64,000 bases of DNA from positions 34,248 through 98,247 of the forward strand of contig JANJUX010000055.1 of NCBI GenBank assembly GCA_024710355.1, given 5' to 3'. The notes beneath the pieces were generated by a model, which was not told the DNA's origin, made no database searches, and saw only the letters and a list, made by a program, of their open reading frames with translations. The translations under genes were made by a program, and so were the position numbers. Source of the DNA: Candidatus Rifleibacteriota bacterium (GTDB lineage Bacteria; Muiribacteriota; Ozemobacteria; Ozemobacterales; Ozemobacteraceae). Positions 8,952 to 19,305 of the stretch are shown here, one piece after another (within the stretch, counting starts at the first letter, position 1; every line of letters begins with the position of its first letter).

Positions 8952-9803
8952 ATGAGAAAATTTCTGGTGTTCGTGTTTTTGATGAGCTTTGCTTCGCTCG
9001 CTTTTGCCGGTATTCATGACAAGGTGACCATTGATTTTAGAGACACCGACCTGCGGGAAATCTGCAAAATTCTGGCAAAACAGGCAGATATGGGCATTGC
9101 CATCGAAAAATCAGTGCGCGGCAATATCAGTATCACAGTAAAAAACGCCCCGGTAAGAGAAGCGCTCGACCTCGTCGCTGAGGCTTCCGGCTTTGCCTGG
9201 GTTCAGAAGGGCAATAACATCCTGATTTCTGAGGCGCGCCGTCTTTCCGGTCGCACCGTCAAAATCATCTCTCTCAAACACATCAATGTTAACGAAGCCG
9301 CTAAAATTCTTGCCAGCTCGATTGTTGGCGACCTCAAGATTGCCACCTGCCAACACACCAACGGTCTGGTTCTCAATGGCAGCAATGCCGCTCTCGAAGA
9401 TTCAATGCAGATAATTGGTCACATCGACCGCCCGGCACCTCTGGTTAAGGGCTCTCTCAAGCTGATGTCCGGCGCGCAGCTGCTCGAAAAATTTGATTTC
9501 CAGGCCGGCAGCGAAGAATCGGTCAAAATTTCCCAGAAGTGCAAAGAGAAAGTCGCAGCCGAAGGCAAAAAGGCGAAAGCCCTGGTCGAAGCCATCAACT
9601 GCGAAATCGTCTTCGCAGGTATTTCATCTGCCGGCCTCGATGCCACCGTTCATCTCGGCGTCAGCCAGAACGACAAGGCACACGGCAAAGAAGCCGCCCG
9701 CAAGTTTTCCGGCCGTTTCCAGGCCGAAAAGGGCAAATCTGTGACCGTTTTCGCCACTTCCGACAAAGAACCCCTCAAAGTCATCTTCACCTGGGAAAAC
9801 TGA
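8952..9803 (+). CDS. secreted/lipoprotein with secretin-N (STN/GspD N-domain-like) repeats
   Basis: Signal peptide MRKFLVFVFLMSFASLAFA. Two secretin-N-like segments (KNAPVREALDLVAEASGFAWVQKGNNILIS; IISLKHINVNEAAKIL...LVLNGS). ttggagg RBS. Confidence 0.55.
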   Translation: MRKFLVFVFLMSFASLAFAGIHDKVTIDFRDTDLREICKILAKQADMGIAIEKSVRGNISITVKNAPVREALDLVAEASGFAWVQKGNNILISEARRLSGRTVKIISLKHINVNEAAKILASSIVGDLKIATCQHTNGLVLNGSNAALEDSMQIIGHIDRPAPLVKGSLKLMSGAQLLEKFDFQAGSEESVKISQKCKEKVAAEGKKAKALVEAINCEIVFAGISSAGLDATVHLGVSQNDKAHGKEAARKFSGRFQAEKGKSVTVFATSDKEPLKVIFTWEN

Positions 9804-9867
9804 CCACCGATGACCACCGATTGGCCACGGATGAACACGGATAAACACGGATAAACACCGATTAAAC
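9803..9867. repeat. about 6 imperfect tandem copies of a 10-bp unit (consensus rAmCACsGAT)
   Basis: accaccgatg / accaccgatt / ggccacggat / gaacacggat / aaacacggat / aaacaccgat read directly after the stop codon. Confidence 0.6.
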
Positions 9868-9927
9868 AAAGTCTGTGCCCAGAAAATCGGCTTTAATCTG
9901 CAGTTGACAATTTTGGTTTTAAAAACC

Positions 9928-9969
9928 GTGCCGACAACCATCTCTAAAGGTTGCCGGCACATTTTTTTT
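9928..9969 (+). terminator. rho-independent terminator
   Basis: Hairpin gtgccgacaacc-N9-ggttgccggcac followed by tttttttt. Confidence 0.65.
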
Positions 9970-10186
9970 ACTGCTCTCACCAGGCAAAATAATTCAACAT
10001 AGGTGGCCTTAACCTTAAAGAATTCAGGCAGATAAAAGACCTTAAACTCGAAAACTGGTCAAGCTGACGTCCGCGCCCGATTTGTGTTTTGCCGCGAACG
10101 GGGGTAGAATTTTGTCGTAGCAAAGCGGGCCGGTTCGGGCGAAAAATATTGTGCCTGACCCGAAAAAATACGGAGGATAAACACGC

Positions 10187-11443
10187 ATGGATAACGCCAC
10201 CAGGGTGATTTCATACATCTACTCATTATGGGACAGCTATTTCGGCCAGATCAGCTTTACCGGCTTTGGCTCGGGCATCGATCAGGCACTTATCGCCACT
10301 CTGGTTTTTCTGGTGCTGACGCTTGTGCTTATCAAGCTTTTCCGCAAGGCTAACGACAAAATCAAAAACCTGCGCGACCGCGCCGAGTTCACCCTGAAAA
10401 TCGGCGAACTGACGCTGATCTCTGCCGCCGGCCTTTCTGAATTCCTGCTGCTGCTGTTTCGCTTTGTCAGGGCAGTGTTTCTGGTATTTTTGTTCTTCTC
10501 ATACCTGACACTGATTACCGGTTTCTTCAAGGCGACCCGCGGACTCGCCACCGCCAGCCTGCGCTGGCTGTTCAGCTCAATCGCCCATCTCGGAAGCCTT
10601 ATATGGTCTTGTATCCCCGGTTTTGTCGCCATAATTTTCATCGCCTTCATTACCACGCAGGTTTTAAAGCTTTTGCACCTGATAATGGGCGCGGTTGAAC
10701 GCGGCAGCGTCAGCCTGCCCGGCTTTCACCGCGACTGGGCCAGCCCGACCGACAAGTTGATCAGCTTTCTACTTGTCGCTCTGGCAGTGATTCTCGGTGC
10801 GCCGTTCCTGCCGGGGTTTGACACGCCGGCCTTTCAGGGCGTCTCGGTTTTTATCGGGCTGCTGCTGTCGCTTGGTTCGACTGCCGCCGTCGCCAATGTC
10901 GTCGCCGGTGTCACCCTGATCTACATGCGCGCCTGCCGCCCCGGCGACCGCGTTAAAATTGGCGATATCGAAGGCATGGTGCTCGAAACCGGTCTGCTAG
11001 TGACCCGCATCAGAACCATGGAAAACCGCGTCATCACCATGCCGAACGGTTTGATGCTGAGTCAACCGGTCATCAATCTGACCTCACTCGCACAGGCCGA
11101 AGGTGTGGGAATGAGTGTCGACCTGACTCTCGGCTACGACCTTGACTGGCGCCTTGTTCACAGGTTGCTGCTCGCCGCCGCCGCAAAAACAGAAGGAGTC
11201 ACCGGTCAGCCGGCCCCAGTCGTTCTACAACAGGAACTCGGTGATTTTTCGGTTGCTTACCGGCTGCAGGCTTTTACCCGCGATCCGGTCAACCTGCCGC
11301 GCATTCACTCGCACCTGCGCGCCAATGTTCTCGATACCTTCGCCGAAGCCGGTGTCGAAATTCTTTCACCCGCCTACGAAGCCAACCGTGACGGCGCCGG
11401 CCCCGTAATTCCTAAAAAACAGCCCGAAAAACAGGCTACGTAA
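10187..11443 (+). CDS. mechanosensitive ion channel, MscS family
   Basis: Multi-TM N-terminus, then the MscS beta-domain signature GDRVKIGDIEGMVLETGLLVTRIRTMENRVITMPNG. Confidence 0.85.
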   Translation: MDNATRVISYIYSLWDSYFGQISFTGFGSGIDQALIATLVFLVLTLVLIKLFRKANDKIKNLRDRAEFTLKIGELTLISAAGLSEFLLLLFRFVRAVFLVFLFFSYLTLITGFFKATRGLATASLRWLFSSIAHLGSLIWSCIPGFVAIIFIAFITTQVLKLLHLIMGAVERGSVSLPGFHRDWASPTDKLISFLLVALAVILGAPFLPGFDTPAFQGVSVFIGLLLSLGSTAAVANVVAGVTLIYMRACRPGDRVKIGDIEGMVLETGLLVTRIRTMENRVITMPNGLMLSQPVINLTSLAQAEGVGMSVDLTLGYDLDWRLVHRLLLAAAAKTEGVTGQPAPVVLQQELGDFSVAYRLQAFTRDPVNLPRIHSHLRANVLDTFAEAGVEILSPAYEANRDGAGPVIPKKQPEKQAT

Positions 11444-11445
11444 AA

Positions 11446-12066
11446 TCAGTCGAAACTGGCAGGAGCCTCTTTAACGACGAGCAGCGCGGCCGGCTCTGGC
11501 GGAAAAACCTCGTCGAGCTTTATTTCGAGACCCTCTACGATCGTTACGTTGATTTTATCAGTGTCGCCATAGATTTCGGGTTTGCCGAAAGCCTTGTTGG
11601 CCCCCAGAAGGTAAACGGTGACAATGCGGTTCGCCGGGTCGAAGGTCCAGAATTCTCTGACCCCGTGCCGCTCATATAGTGAACGTTTTTGAATGCAGTC
11701 GCGCGCTGCGGTCGAGGGCGAAAGTATTTCGATAATCAGGTCGGGAGCGCCACGACAGCCGCGGTCGTCAAGCTTCTTTTCGTCACAGACAACGAGAAGA
11801 TCTGGCTGAATCACCGTAGCGATTTCGTCATCGGCTTCGTTGCCGCGTGGCAGGCGAACGTCGAAGGGGGCAGAATAAACGACACATGGTTTGCCACGAA
11901 GAAAAAGCTCAAATTCGACCAGAAGCTTTTTGCTGATATCGGCATGCTGTCGCGAAGGGCCGGTCATGTTATAAGGCACGCCGTCGATTATTTCCCGGCG
12001 TTGATCGTCTCGCCAGCCGCAATAGTCTGCGTAGGTGCAATACTCGAGTTTTGGCAGACCGGCCAT
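11446..12066 (-). CDS. Uma2-family (DUF820) PD-(D/E)XK endonuclease
   Basis: REIIDGV..., PDLIIEILSPST, YERHGVREFW motifs. Confidence 0.8.
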   Translation of the reverse strand: MAGLPKLEYCTYADYCGWRDDQRREIIDGVPYNMTGPSRQHADISKKLLVEFELFLRGKPCVVYSAPFDVRLPRGNEADDEIATVIQPDLLVVCDEKKLDDRGCRGAPDLIIEILSPSTAARDCIQKRSLYERHGVREFWTFDPANRIVTVYLLGANKAFGKPEIYGDTDKINVTIVEGLEIKLDEVFPPEPAALLVVKEAPASFD

Positions 12067-12390
12067 TTCGCTCTCCTGCTTACAAACTTGTTAAACCTGT
12101 ATCTCAAATATATCACAATTTCAATTTTCTGGTCATTCAGACCTGCTGCCTGCCAAAGCAGCGATTAAATTGCGAAGCCGGCAGGAAAATTCCATGCGCC
12201 GGGCCGGTGCCGGTTGTTATGTCTGGTCATTTCAGGTTTGACAAATGGTTTTAAAGATATTAGTATCTGCAGCGGCGATGGAGTTCGCCTTTAACCGCCT
12301 TAAAAAGCTGATGACTCCTGCGTGATGCTTTTGCGCAGGAGTTTTTTATTCACCGGAATTCGCCAGAAACCGGCAACGGGAACGAAATTT

Positions 12391-13575
12391 ATGACAATTA
12401 ATCTGATTGCGGTGGTCATTCTGCTGGGAGGGTGGGGGTGCGCGCGCCTGTTTGCGCGGCTTGGCCTGCCGAATGTGCTTGGCATGGTCTTTTTTGGCAT
12501 CATCTGCAGCCTGACGATCAAGGCGCAGGTGCCGCAGCTGCTGTGGGATGCGGCGCCGTTTCTCAAATCGCTGGCGCTGATCGTCATTCTGCTGCGGGCC
12601 GGGCTCGGAATCAGGCGCGAAAATCTGCAGGCGGCCGGGCGGGTTTCGCTGCTGCTGGCGTTTGTTCCCTGTCTTTTCGAAGGAGCGGCGTTGACAGTTC
12701 TGTTTGCCTGGCTCTGGAATTTTTCGTGGCCGGTGGCCGGACTTACTGCCTTCATGCTGTCGTCGGTTTCTCTTGCAGTAACGGTGCCGGCGATGCTTGA
12801 ACTGCGTCATAACCCGGCAGCAATGAAAAACTGCGCCCCGACGGCGATTCTCGCCGGCTGCTCAGTCGACAATGTCGTTGCAATAACACTGTTTTCTGCT
12901 TTTCTGGGCATGGCGACCAGCAAAAATGCAGCGATCGGCGAAGCATTGCTGAAAGTGCCGCTGTCGATCGCCGCCGGAATTGTCTGTGGTGCGCTTGTCG
13001 GTCTGCTGCTGGTCAGGTGGCTCGACAAAAAATACGAAAGAATCCGGGCCACTGAAAAAACGCTGATTCTCATCTGCGTTGCCTTTCTGCTGGCCGAATT
13101 CGGCAATCTGCTGCAGATTGCCGCCCTGCTCGGCGTCATGACCGTCGGTTTTGTCTTTCTGCAGAAATCCGAAAGAATCGCCCGTGAAATTGCCGCCAAG
13201 CTCTCTAAAATCTGGGTTTTCGCCGAAATCATCCTCTTCGTGCTCATCGGCCTGTCACTTGAAGTTTCTGCCGTGTCGCAGGCCGGTCTGCAGGGCCTGG
13301 CAATCATCGGCACCGGTCTGCTTTTCAGGTCGCTGGGGGTGCTTCTGGCGACCGCCGGCAGCAGCATGAGTCGGGCCGATCGCCGGTTGAGCGTCATGGC
13401 CTATCTGCCGAAAGCGACAACCCAGGCGGCCCTCGGTGGTGTGGCTCTACAGCATGGGTTGCCTGAAGGGCAGCTGATTCTGGCAATCGCGGTAATGGCG
13501 ATCGTAGTAACTTCGCCAATTGGCCTGCTCGGCATAAAACACGCCAACCGCGCTTTTACAGACCAAACCGGCTGA
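12391..13575 (+). CDS. cation:proton antiporter (CPA family Na+/H+ exchanger)
   Basis: About 12 TM helices with a Na_H_Exchanger-like pattern. Start placed at MTINLIAVVILLGG. Confidence 0.7.
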   Translation: MTINLIAVVILLGGWGCARLFARLGLPNVLGMVFFGIICSLTIKAQVPQLLWDAAPFLKSLALIVILLRAGLGIRRENLQAAGRVSLLLAFVPCLFEGAALTVLFAWLWNFSWPVAGLTAFMLSSVSLAVTVPAMLELRHNPAAMKNCAPTAILAGCSVDNVVAITLFSAFLGMATSKNAAIGEALLKVPLSIAAGIVCGALVGLLLVRWLDKKYERIRATEKTLILICVAFLLAEFGNLLQIAALLGVMTVGFVFLQKSERIAREIAAKLSKIWVFAEIILFVLIGLSLEVSAVSQAGLQGLAIIGTGLLFRSLGVLLATAGSSMSRADRRLSVMAYLPKATTQAALGGVALQHGLPEGQLILAIAVMAIVVTSPIGLLGIKHANRAFTDQTG

Positions 13576-13608
13576 CAGGCTGTGCCGCCGAATGGTCAGA
13601 TTTATCAG

Positions 13609-14157
13609 TTACTTGAGCAGGCGGGTGCGGATCAGGGCGTAGAGTTTGTCCTGGCCCATGCGGTTGAAGGGTGATTCGTGGCAGAACGCCAGGCGGTTGA
13701 ACCGGTCGATGCCGATAATCGTCGGAATATCATAATCGAGACGCAGGCTGCGCCCTATCAGCGAATGCACGTCGATCACCACCGGCACCGCAGTTTTGAA
13801 ATCCCTGAATTTATCTTCGATACGCTGCCGGTGATCGGCAAACTCGGTGCCGCTCGGGTTGTAGACCCAGATTGTGTCGGCGGCAAACAGATAGCGCAGG
13901 CTGATGTGCTCGGCCCATTTGCGCAGGTCATGCCGCAGTGCCCAGCTGCCGGTAAGAATCAGCATCGCTTTTCTGATATAAGGCCGGTTTGTCCAGGTTT
14001 TGCCGTCGAGATCGACAAATTCGAATGGCGTAAAAACATCGCCAATCGCCACCTTGCGCACATAGAGCGGCGGAAACGGCTTCTCTTCAGTCTCGAGCGC
14101 CGACGCACCGTTGACCGCGGCAATTCCCAGCAATAGCAGTAATAAAAGCTTTTTCAT
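13609..14157 (-). CDS. hypothetical secreted protein
   Basis: Poly-Leu signal peptide MKKLLLLLLLGIAAVNGASA. No recognisable catalytic motif. Confidence 0.5.
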   Translation of the reverse strand: MKKLLLLLLLGIAAVNGASALETEEKPFPPLYVRKVAIGDVFTPFEFVDLDGKTWTNRPYIRKAMLILTGSWALRHDLRKWAEHISLRYLFAADTIWVYNPSGTEFADHRQRIEDKFRDFKTAVPVVIDVHSLIGRSLRLDYDIPTIIGIDRFNRLAFCHESPFNRMGQDKLYALIRTRLLK

Positions 14158-14287
14158 TCACCCCAGCTTATCAGACCGCCCCAGGCCACGCAAGCTCAAA
14201 ACAAATCTCAGGGCAAACTGTTTAAACAGCTGTATGGGCAATTTCGCCTGTGGTAGAATTACATGAAAAAGAATGAGAGGTCCTCCA

Positions 14288-15106
14288 ATGAACCATTTAA
14301 CTGATGATTGCCACTGGGCACTGCCCGATCTTGACGCCGCCATCGAGTGGGCCGGGCACCGCCAGCGTTCGGGCATCAGCGTCGCCATTGACCCGCTCGG
14401 CGAATATGCCAGAAATGAAGAGCAGGCGACCGCCAGCGCCGCCAGTTATCTTAACGCCCTCGCACGCATCAGGGAAAAGGGAATCGCGGCTTCACTGGCT
14501 ATCAAGCTCTCTGCCCTTGGCCTTTCTTTCGCTCAGAAAACCGCCGAATTTCATTTGAATCAACTGCTTGCAGCGGCAGCGCAAGCCGATCTGGTCGTCG
14601 AAATCGACATCGAGGGTACCCCATCGGTGCCGCAGGTCTGTGAAATGGCGCAAAATGCCGCCTGCCGTGGCTTTAAAACCGTTCTGGCGCTGCAGGCTTA
14701 TCTCGACCGGACACCACGGGATCTCGCCGACAGTCTTGCTGCCGGTTTAAAAGTGCGCCTGGTCAAGGGCGCCTATAAAGGCGATACCGACGATTTTGCG
14801 CGCATTCAGCAGATGTTTCTCGCCCTGTTCGAAAAACTGCTTGCCGCGGGCCGGCCATTCGATGTCGGCACCCACGATCCGCTGCTGCTGAAAGCGATGA
14901 CTGCGAGACTCGGCACCCATAACCGCGAACAGGTGTGCTTTGGCTTTCTCAAAGGTCTCGCTGATGCAACCAAAGATCAGATGGCCAGTTCCGGCTATCT
15001 GGTCTCAGAATACGTGCCGTTCGGCGACAACCGCGCGGCCTACGTCACCCGCCGTCTCGCCTATCTCAAACGCCTCGCGGCTCTGGGTCTGGCACCATCC
15101 CCCTGA
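14288..15106 (+). CDS. proline dehydrogenase (monofunctional PRODH)
   Basis: VRLVKGAY, THDPLL and YVPFG...AYVTRRL motifs of the PutA PRODH barrel. Start at MNHLTD with a gagagg RBS. Confidence 0.75.
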   Translation: MNHLTDDCHWALPDLDAAIEWAGHRQRSGISVAIDPLGEYARNEEQATASAASYLNALARIREKGIAASLAIKLSALGLSFAQKTAEFHLNQLLAAAAQADLVVEIDIEGTPSVPQVCEMAQNAACRGFKTVLALQAYLDRTPRDLADSLAAGLKVRLVKGAYKGDTDDFARIQQMFLALFEKLLAAGRPFDVGTHDPLLLKAMTARLGTHNREQVCFGFLKGLADATKDQMASSGYLVSEYVPFGDNRAAYVTRRLAYLKRLAALGLAPSP

Positions 15107-15121
15107 ATTCGGTCGCCGTTT

Positions 15122-16146
15122 TTATACGGGTCGTTTTCTGATGCTGGGGTTGTGGGTGCCTGGCTTGAAGGGAGTGGCGAGGTCTGAGACGCGGTTTTTG
15201 CCGTTGATGAGTTTTTCGATCTGCTCGATGGTCAGGCCGGTTACTTCAGCAATGGCTTCAGGGTTGATTCCTCTGTTAAACATTTTCATCGCGGTCTGAG
15301 CAAGCGTAGTGTTTTTGCCCTCCTCGCGTCCTTCTTCGCGGCCCTCTTCGCGACCTTCGATCTTGCCGAGTCCGTAGGAAGACTCTACCATGCTTGCCTG
15401 ATAGTGCAATCATTTGAGTGGCGACGGTAATCGAGACGTTCGGCCTCGCTAAGCTTCATTATGTCGAGGCGCTTTTTGGCCTGCTGCAGCCCTCTGGCTC
15501 TGAAACCGGGTTTGATTTCCTCGTTTTTAAGGAAATATATCCATTCATCGAGTGTATTGCGAGCCACATTGTCGAAGTTGTTAACCTTTATCAGGTAGTA
15601 TTCCGGGAATATTTCGCGCGGCGATGTCTGCTTATACAGCAGCTGCTGTTCGCGGCTTAGCGTAAGCTCATCGTGGCGGTTCATGCCGGTGAAAACGGTC
15701 TGGCCACGGTAGATGTAGTCTTCGCCATGCCCGAGATCAAAATAAAGAATGTTAATCGAAATAACCTTCACGGCCTCTGAATACGCCGAGCCTTCGGCCA
15801 GATGCTCAGTTACGGCCATGGATGCCGAAAACAGAATGCGCTGAAAATAGTCGTATTCGTGTTCATACTGGATCTCTATGATGATGATCTCATTTTTGCC
15901 GTTGGCAACCTTCAGGTCGAGGCGATTGGTTTTCTGCCGGGCAAAGTCTCTGTTACTTTCGCTTTCGAGTATCGAGAGAATTCTGATGTCATCTTTCAGA
16001 AGCTCTGACAGAAACCCTTCGAGAATATCGAAGTTGGCCTTGCTGCGCAAGAGCCTTTTAATTGCCCAGTCAAAGCTGACAAGCTGACGCTGCTGTTTCA
16101 CCGTTCTTCCCTTCGACAAATTTAGGACGCGATCACCCCGATGCAT
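15122..16146 (-). pseudogene. Rpn-family (YhgA-like) PD-(D/E)XK nuclease / recombination-promoting nuclease, split by a frameshift near 15400
   Basis: The N-terminal ORF (15385-16146) carries FDWAIKRLL and ...IIIIEIQ nuclease-core motifs. The C-terminal ORF (15122-15409, non-ATG start) carries the typical Rpn tail EGREEGREEGREEG...IAEVTGLTIEQIEKL. The two frames overlap, which is consistent with a single gene disrupted by a 1-nt indel. Confidence 0.7.
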
Positions 16147-16380
16147 TCAGTATAATGCAACTGACTCAGTCGGGGCAATACTATTGCACCGACCAGTGCT
16201 GGCTAGCAAGTTCATGGCCGGGTTGATTAAAACCACCTATAGAATGAGTTTTTGGCAACAAATCAAGAATGGCCGCCTGAAAAAGTCATTTCTATTTGGC
16301 CATTTCATTGAAAGCTGAATATAAAAATGATAGAATCTGCCCGTTGATAAACAAGCGGACTTTTACCTTTGTGAGGGGCT

Positions 16381-19131
16381 ATGGCAAGCATAAGCAATGA
16401 AGATATTATTGCCTTTCTTAAGTCTGACAGTTCAGGTAATGTAATTAAAACTCTCCAGGGCCTGCTGAAAAACATTGATCAGGCACAAGCCCCGGTCATA
16501 ACTGCCTGCGTAGAAAAGTTAGTTAAATCAGAAGATGTTGGAATAAGGTTCTGGGCAAAAAAAGTTCTTAATGAAACCGGAAAATATCACCCCAAAAACT
16601 CGCAATTTTCACAGTCCGAAGCTATTGCCGGCGAAAAAAACAAAGAATTGCCTGTTGAAATGCTTGTCGAAAAATTGAAATCTGTGCCATCAACACATGT
16701 TTCGATCGAAGTAATTAGAAAAATATGTGAAAGTAAAAAACCAGAGGCATTGGTTGCTTTAAAAGATTATTTAAAAAGCTGCCAGGATATATATCAGGTT
16801 TCTTATCTGACCAAATTTATTGGCATTTTCTATCCATCTGAAAGCACTTTGCATTTTCTGCTACCGTATCTGAAACATTCTGATGAGCGAGTTGTGGCTA
16901 ATACAATTGAGGGCATTGATGCAATGGGTTTGCCAAGCGGGATTGCAATCATTTCTCAACTTCTGGATAATCCTTCTGCCAGAATTAGAGCCAATGCTGC
17001 AAAAGCAATTGCCGGGCAGAAATTTGACAAAGCTTTTCCAGTAATCGAAAAAATGTTGCGCACAAAAGATAAAATTAATTTTGTATTTTCAGCCTGCTAC
17101 GCCATTCAGATAATAAATGACCAGAGATTTTTTTCCCTACTTGGTGAACTGTTGAATGACGAAATCACTTTTGAAATCTCGTTGGCAACCATTCTTCGAT
17201 GCTCAGATAAGGGTGCTGTGATTTCATTTTTACAAAATATTTCTCTTGAAGATGCTTGCAAACAGGCTCTGGTAAAAAGAAAATTACTTGAATTAACTAA
17301 TTCAACAGCAGATGCGGGCAGAGGTAGTAGCCAAACCAGACCCGGCCAATCTGCTCATCAAAATTGTTCCGAACCTGAAGAATTCAGTTTTGAGTTACTC
17401 ATCTCAGAAGAAGTTCAGGCTTCCTGCGTTCGAGCCATCGCGATTATAAAACGCATCCTTGAGAGGAGTTCTGGGTCTGATTTTACGAAATTAGCAGGCT
17501 ACATGCAAAGTTGCAAGGATACAGTGCAAATTTCCTTTCTTGCCAGGCATCTTCCAAAAACTTTCCCTAATGAAACTCTCTTACCAAACATGGGGCAGCT
17601 CCTCAGGCATGAAAATGAAGGGGTTGTCGTTAGCACAATCGAAGGGCTTGCCTTTATAAAAACACCCTCGTCTGTTGCGCTTGTTGCACAAATGGCAGGG
17701 CACTCCTCCAATAGCGTCAGGTCTACTGCAGGCAGGGTTCTGAGCGAATTTGCCCCGGAATTAACCACAGCAGTTCTGAAAAAGCTTTTAAAAGCTAAAG
17801 ATAAGCCGAATTTTGTCATTGCCGCCTGTCAATCTGCCAAACTTTTAAAAGACCCGGAATATCTTCAGCCATTAGTCAATTTTGTTGGCGATCCTTTGTT
17901 TGAAAAACCAGCCTTAGATGCCATCATCGGAATTGGTGGCGATGAGTCAATCAAAACACTGGAGTCTCTTCTTGACATTGATGTACCAGAATTTCGTGCC
18001 AAAATTCTGCAATCGATCAAACAGATTAAATCCCAGGGGCAGTCTGAGAAAATTGAAAAAGTTATTTCTGATACTCTGGAAACCGGGAAAAAGGCTCTGG
18101 GAGGAATATTTAATTTGTTCTCGAAAGAGGAGAAGCCCTCAAAAAGCCAAGAGGAGACACAAGAGGCAACAAAGGAAAGCTTTTTCAGGCAAAAGGATCA
18201 GGTGAGTGAAAATCAGAATGCCTTTGAGGGCAACAGCAAGGCAACTCATGACGAAGACAAACAATCATCCACCCAGAGAACCCGTGAAACCGAACTGAAC
18301 CGTGCTGACGATAAAGCAGAGTCTCGTGAAGCCGAACCAAGCTGCGCTGACGATAAGGCTGAAGACCGAGAAAAAAACAATTTCAAAAAAAGTAAAGAAT
18401 GCCCATTCTGCGGTGAGCAAATCAACCTGAATGCCATAAAATGCCGATACTGTAATGAATTTATGGAAGGCTCCAGGAATGCCGACAGGATTGCCGGACT
18501 CGCAGAGGCTGCCCTTGGCAATATTAATCCATACAGGATTATCGGGCTCATAAGTTCCATCCTCATGGGAATTGGTATATTTTTGCCCTTTGAGCGATTT
18601 CCAATATTTGGTGGTCCATCTATCTTTCAACGAAACCCAGAAGTTGGCTCGATATATCTATTCTTTGCAATACTTTGCATTGTTGGATACGCTATCCGGA
18701 GTTATTTGCTGGTAATACTGGTATCTGGCTTCACCGGTTTGGCATTTTATGCCATGCTGGAAGGTGTTAATAACTCAAAAAAAACTTTATTCAAAGCTGT
18801 ATTCACACATCTCAAACAGCTGGGAATTCATGATGAATCAGCTTCAGCTGCTCCTCCTGAAATAGTTCATTTTGGCGAAGGAGCCTATTTAATAGGCATT
18901 GGTATCAGTATGGCTTTTATTTTTACCATTTTTGCTTCTGTTCGAGAGAATTCTTTGGGAATACGTACTTTTCACCAGAAAATTGTGATGTTAACCTTTT
19001 TGGGTGGGAGTTTCGGTTGGGTTATTGATTTTAATTCTGGAGAATCGCTGTTTTATCTTTTAGTTTTTGGGTTAACAGGCTTTGTAACAGCGGTTTTTAT
19101 CGAAAAACTGGAAGGATTGTTTCGCAAATAA
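16381..19131 (+). CDS. HEAT-repeat (PBS-lyase-like) protein with acidic linker, zinc ribbon and C-terminal polytopic membrane domain
   Basis: 916 aa. It has repeated HEAT units (ERVVANTIEGIDAMG..., ARIRANAAKAIAG...), an S/E/K-rich low-complexity linker, the zinc ribbon CPFCGEQIN...CRYCNEF, and about 6-7 predicted TM helices at the C-terminus. The region is markedly AT-richer than its surroundings. Confidence 0.7.
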   Translation: MASISNEDIIAFLKSDSSGNVIKTLQGLLKNIDQAQAPVITACVEKLVKSEDVGIRFWAKKVLNETGKYHPKNSQFSQSEAIAGEKNKELPVEMLVEKLKSVPSTHVSIEVIRKICESKKPEALVALKDYLKSCQDIYQVSYLTKFIGIFYPSESTLHFLLPYLKHSDERVVANTIEGIDAMGLPSGIAIISQLLDNPSARIRANAAKAIAGQKFDKAFPVIEKMLRTKDKINFVFSACYAIQIINDQRFFSLLGELLNDEITFEISLATILRCSDKGAVISFLQNISLEDACKQALVKRKLLELTNSTADAGRGSSQTRPGQSAHQNCSEPEEFSFELLISEEVQASCVRAIAIIKRILERSSGSDFTKLAGYMQSCKDTVQISFLARHLPKTFPNETLLPNMGQLLRHENEGVVVSTIEGLAFIKTPSSVALVAQMAGHSSNSVRSTAGRVLSEFAPELTTAVLKKLLKAKDKPNFVIAACQSAKLLKDPEYLQPLVNFVGDPLFEKPALDAIIGIGGDESIKTLESLLDIDVPEFRAKILQSIKQIKSQGQSEKIEKVISDTLETGKKALGGIFNLFSKEEKPSKSQEETQEATKESFFRQKDQVSENQNAFEGNSKATHDEDKQSSTQRTRETELNRADDKAESREAEPSCADDKAEDREKNNFKKSKECPFCGEQINLNAIKCRYCNEFMEGSRNADRIAGLAEAALGNINPYRIIGLISSILMGIGIFLPFERFPIFGGPSIFQRNPEVGSIYLFFAILCIVGYAIRSYLLVILVSGFTGLAFYAMLEGVNNSKKTLFKAVFTHLKQLGIHDESASAAPPEIVHFGEGAYLIGIGISMAFIFTIFASVRENSLGIRTFHQKIVMLTFLGGSFGWVIDFNSGESLFYLLVFGLTGFVTAVFIEKLEGLFRK

Positions 19132-19305
19132 TTAGCTATCGGCCAGTTCGGGTTACCTGCAGGATGTGTTTGACGCGAGAGGCAAATTTCGAGGACTTCT
19201 GAAACTTTGCATTTGCCAATCTTCTGCTAACAATTTCTGCCACCTGAAGGGCCACCTGAAGGTTTAAAACCAGTAGCATTGTCGCCTGGAGCGGTTAAGT
19301 CTCAA

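Noticed and set aside
9803-9867. CRISPR array
   Set aside because: The repeat units are only about 10 bp, contiguous without spacers, and degenerate. No cas genes were seen. No other CRISPR-like arrays are present in the window.
10000-10186. tRNA or structured sRNA upstream of the MscS gene
   Set aside because: It has a G-rich segment with short complementary stretches, but I could not fold a cloverleaf or a convincing conserved structure by eye. It is treated as an ordinary 5' region.
12346-13397. Minus-strand ORFs overlapping the antiporter gene
   Set aside because: They are Arg/Pro/Ser-rich antisense products of a GC-rich membrane-protein gene. The plus-strand frame gives coherent TM helices.
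15122-16146. Insertion sequence / transposase
   Set aside because: The Rpn/YhgA-like protein is a PD-(D/E)XK nuclease sometimes annotated as a transposase, but it is not a canonical IS. I found no terminal inverted repeats or target-site duplications flanking it.
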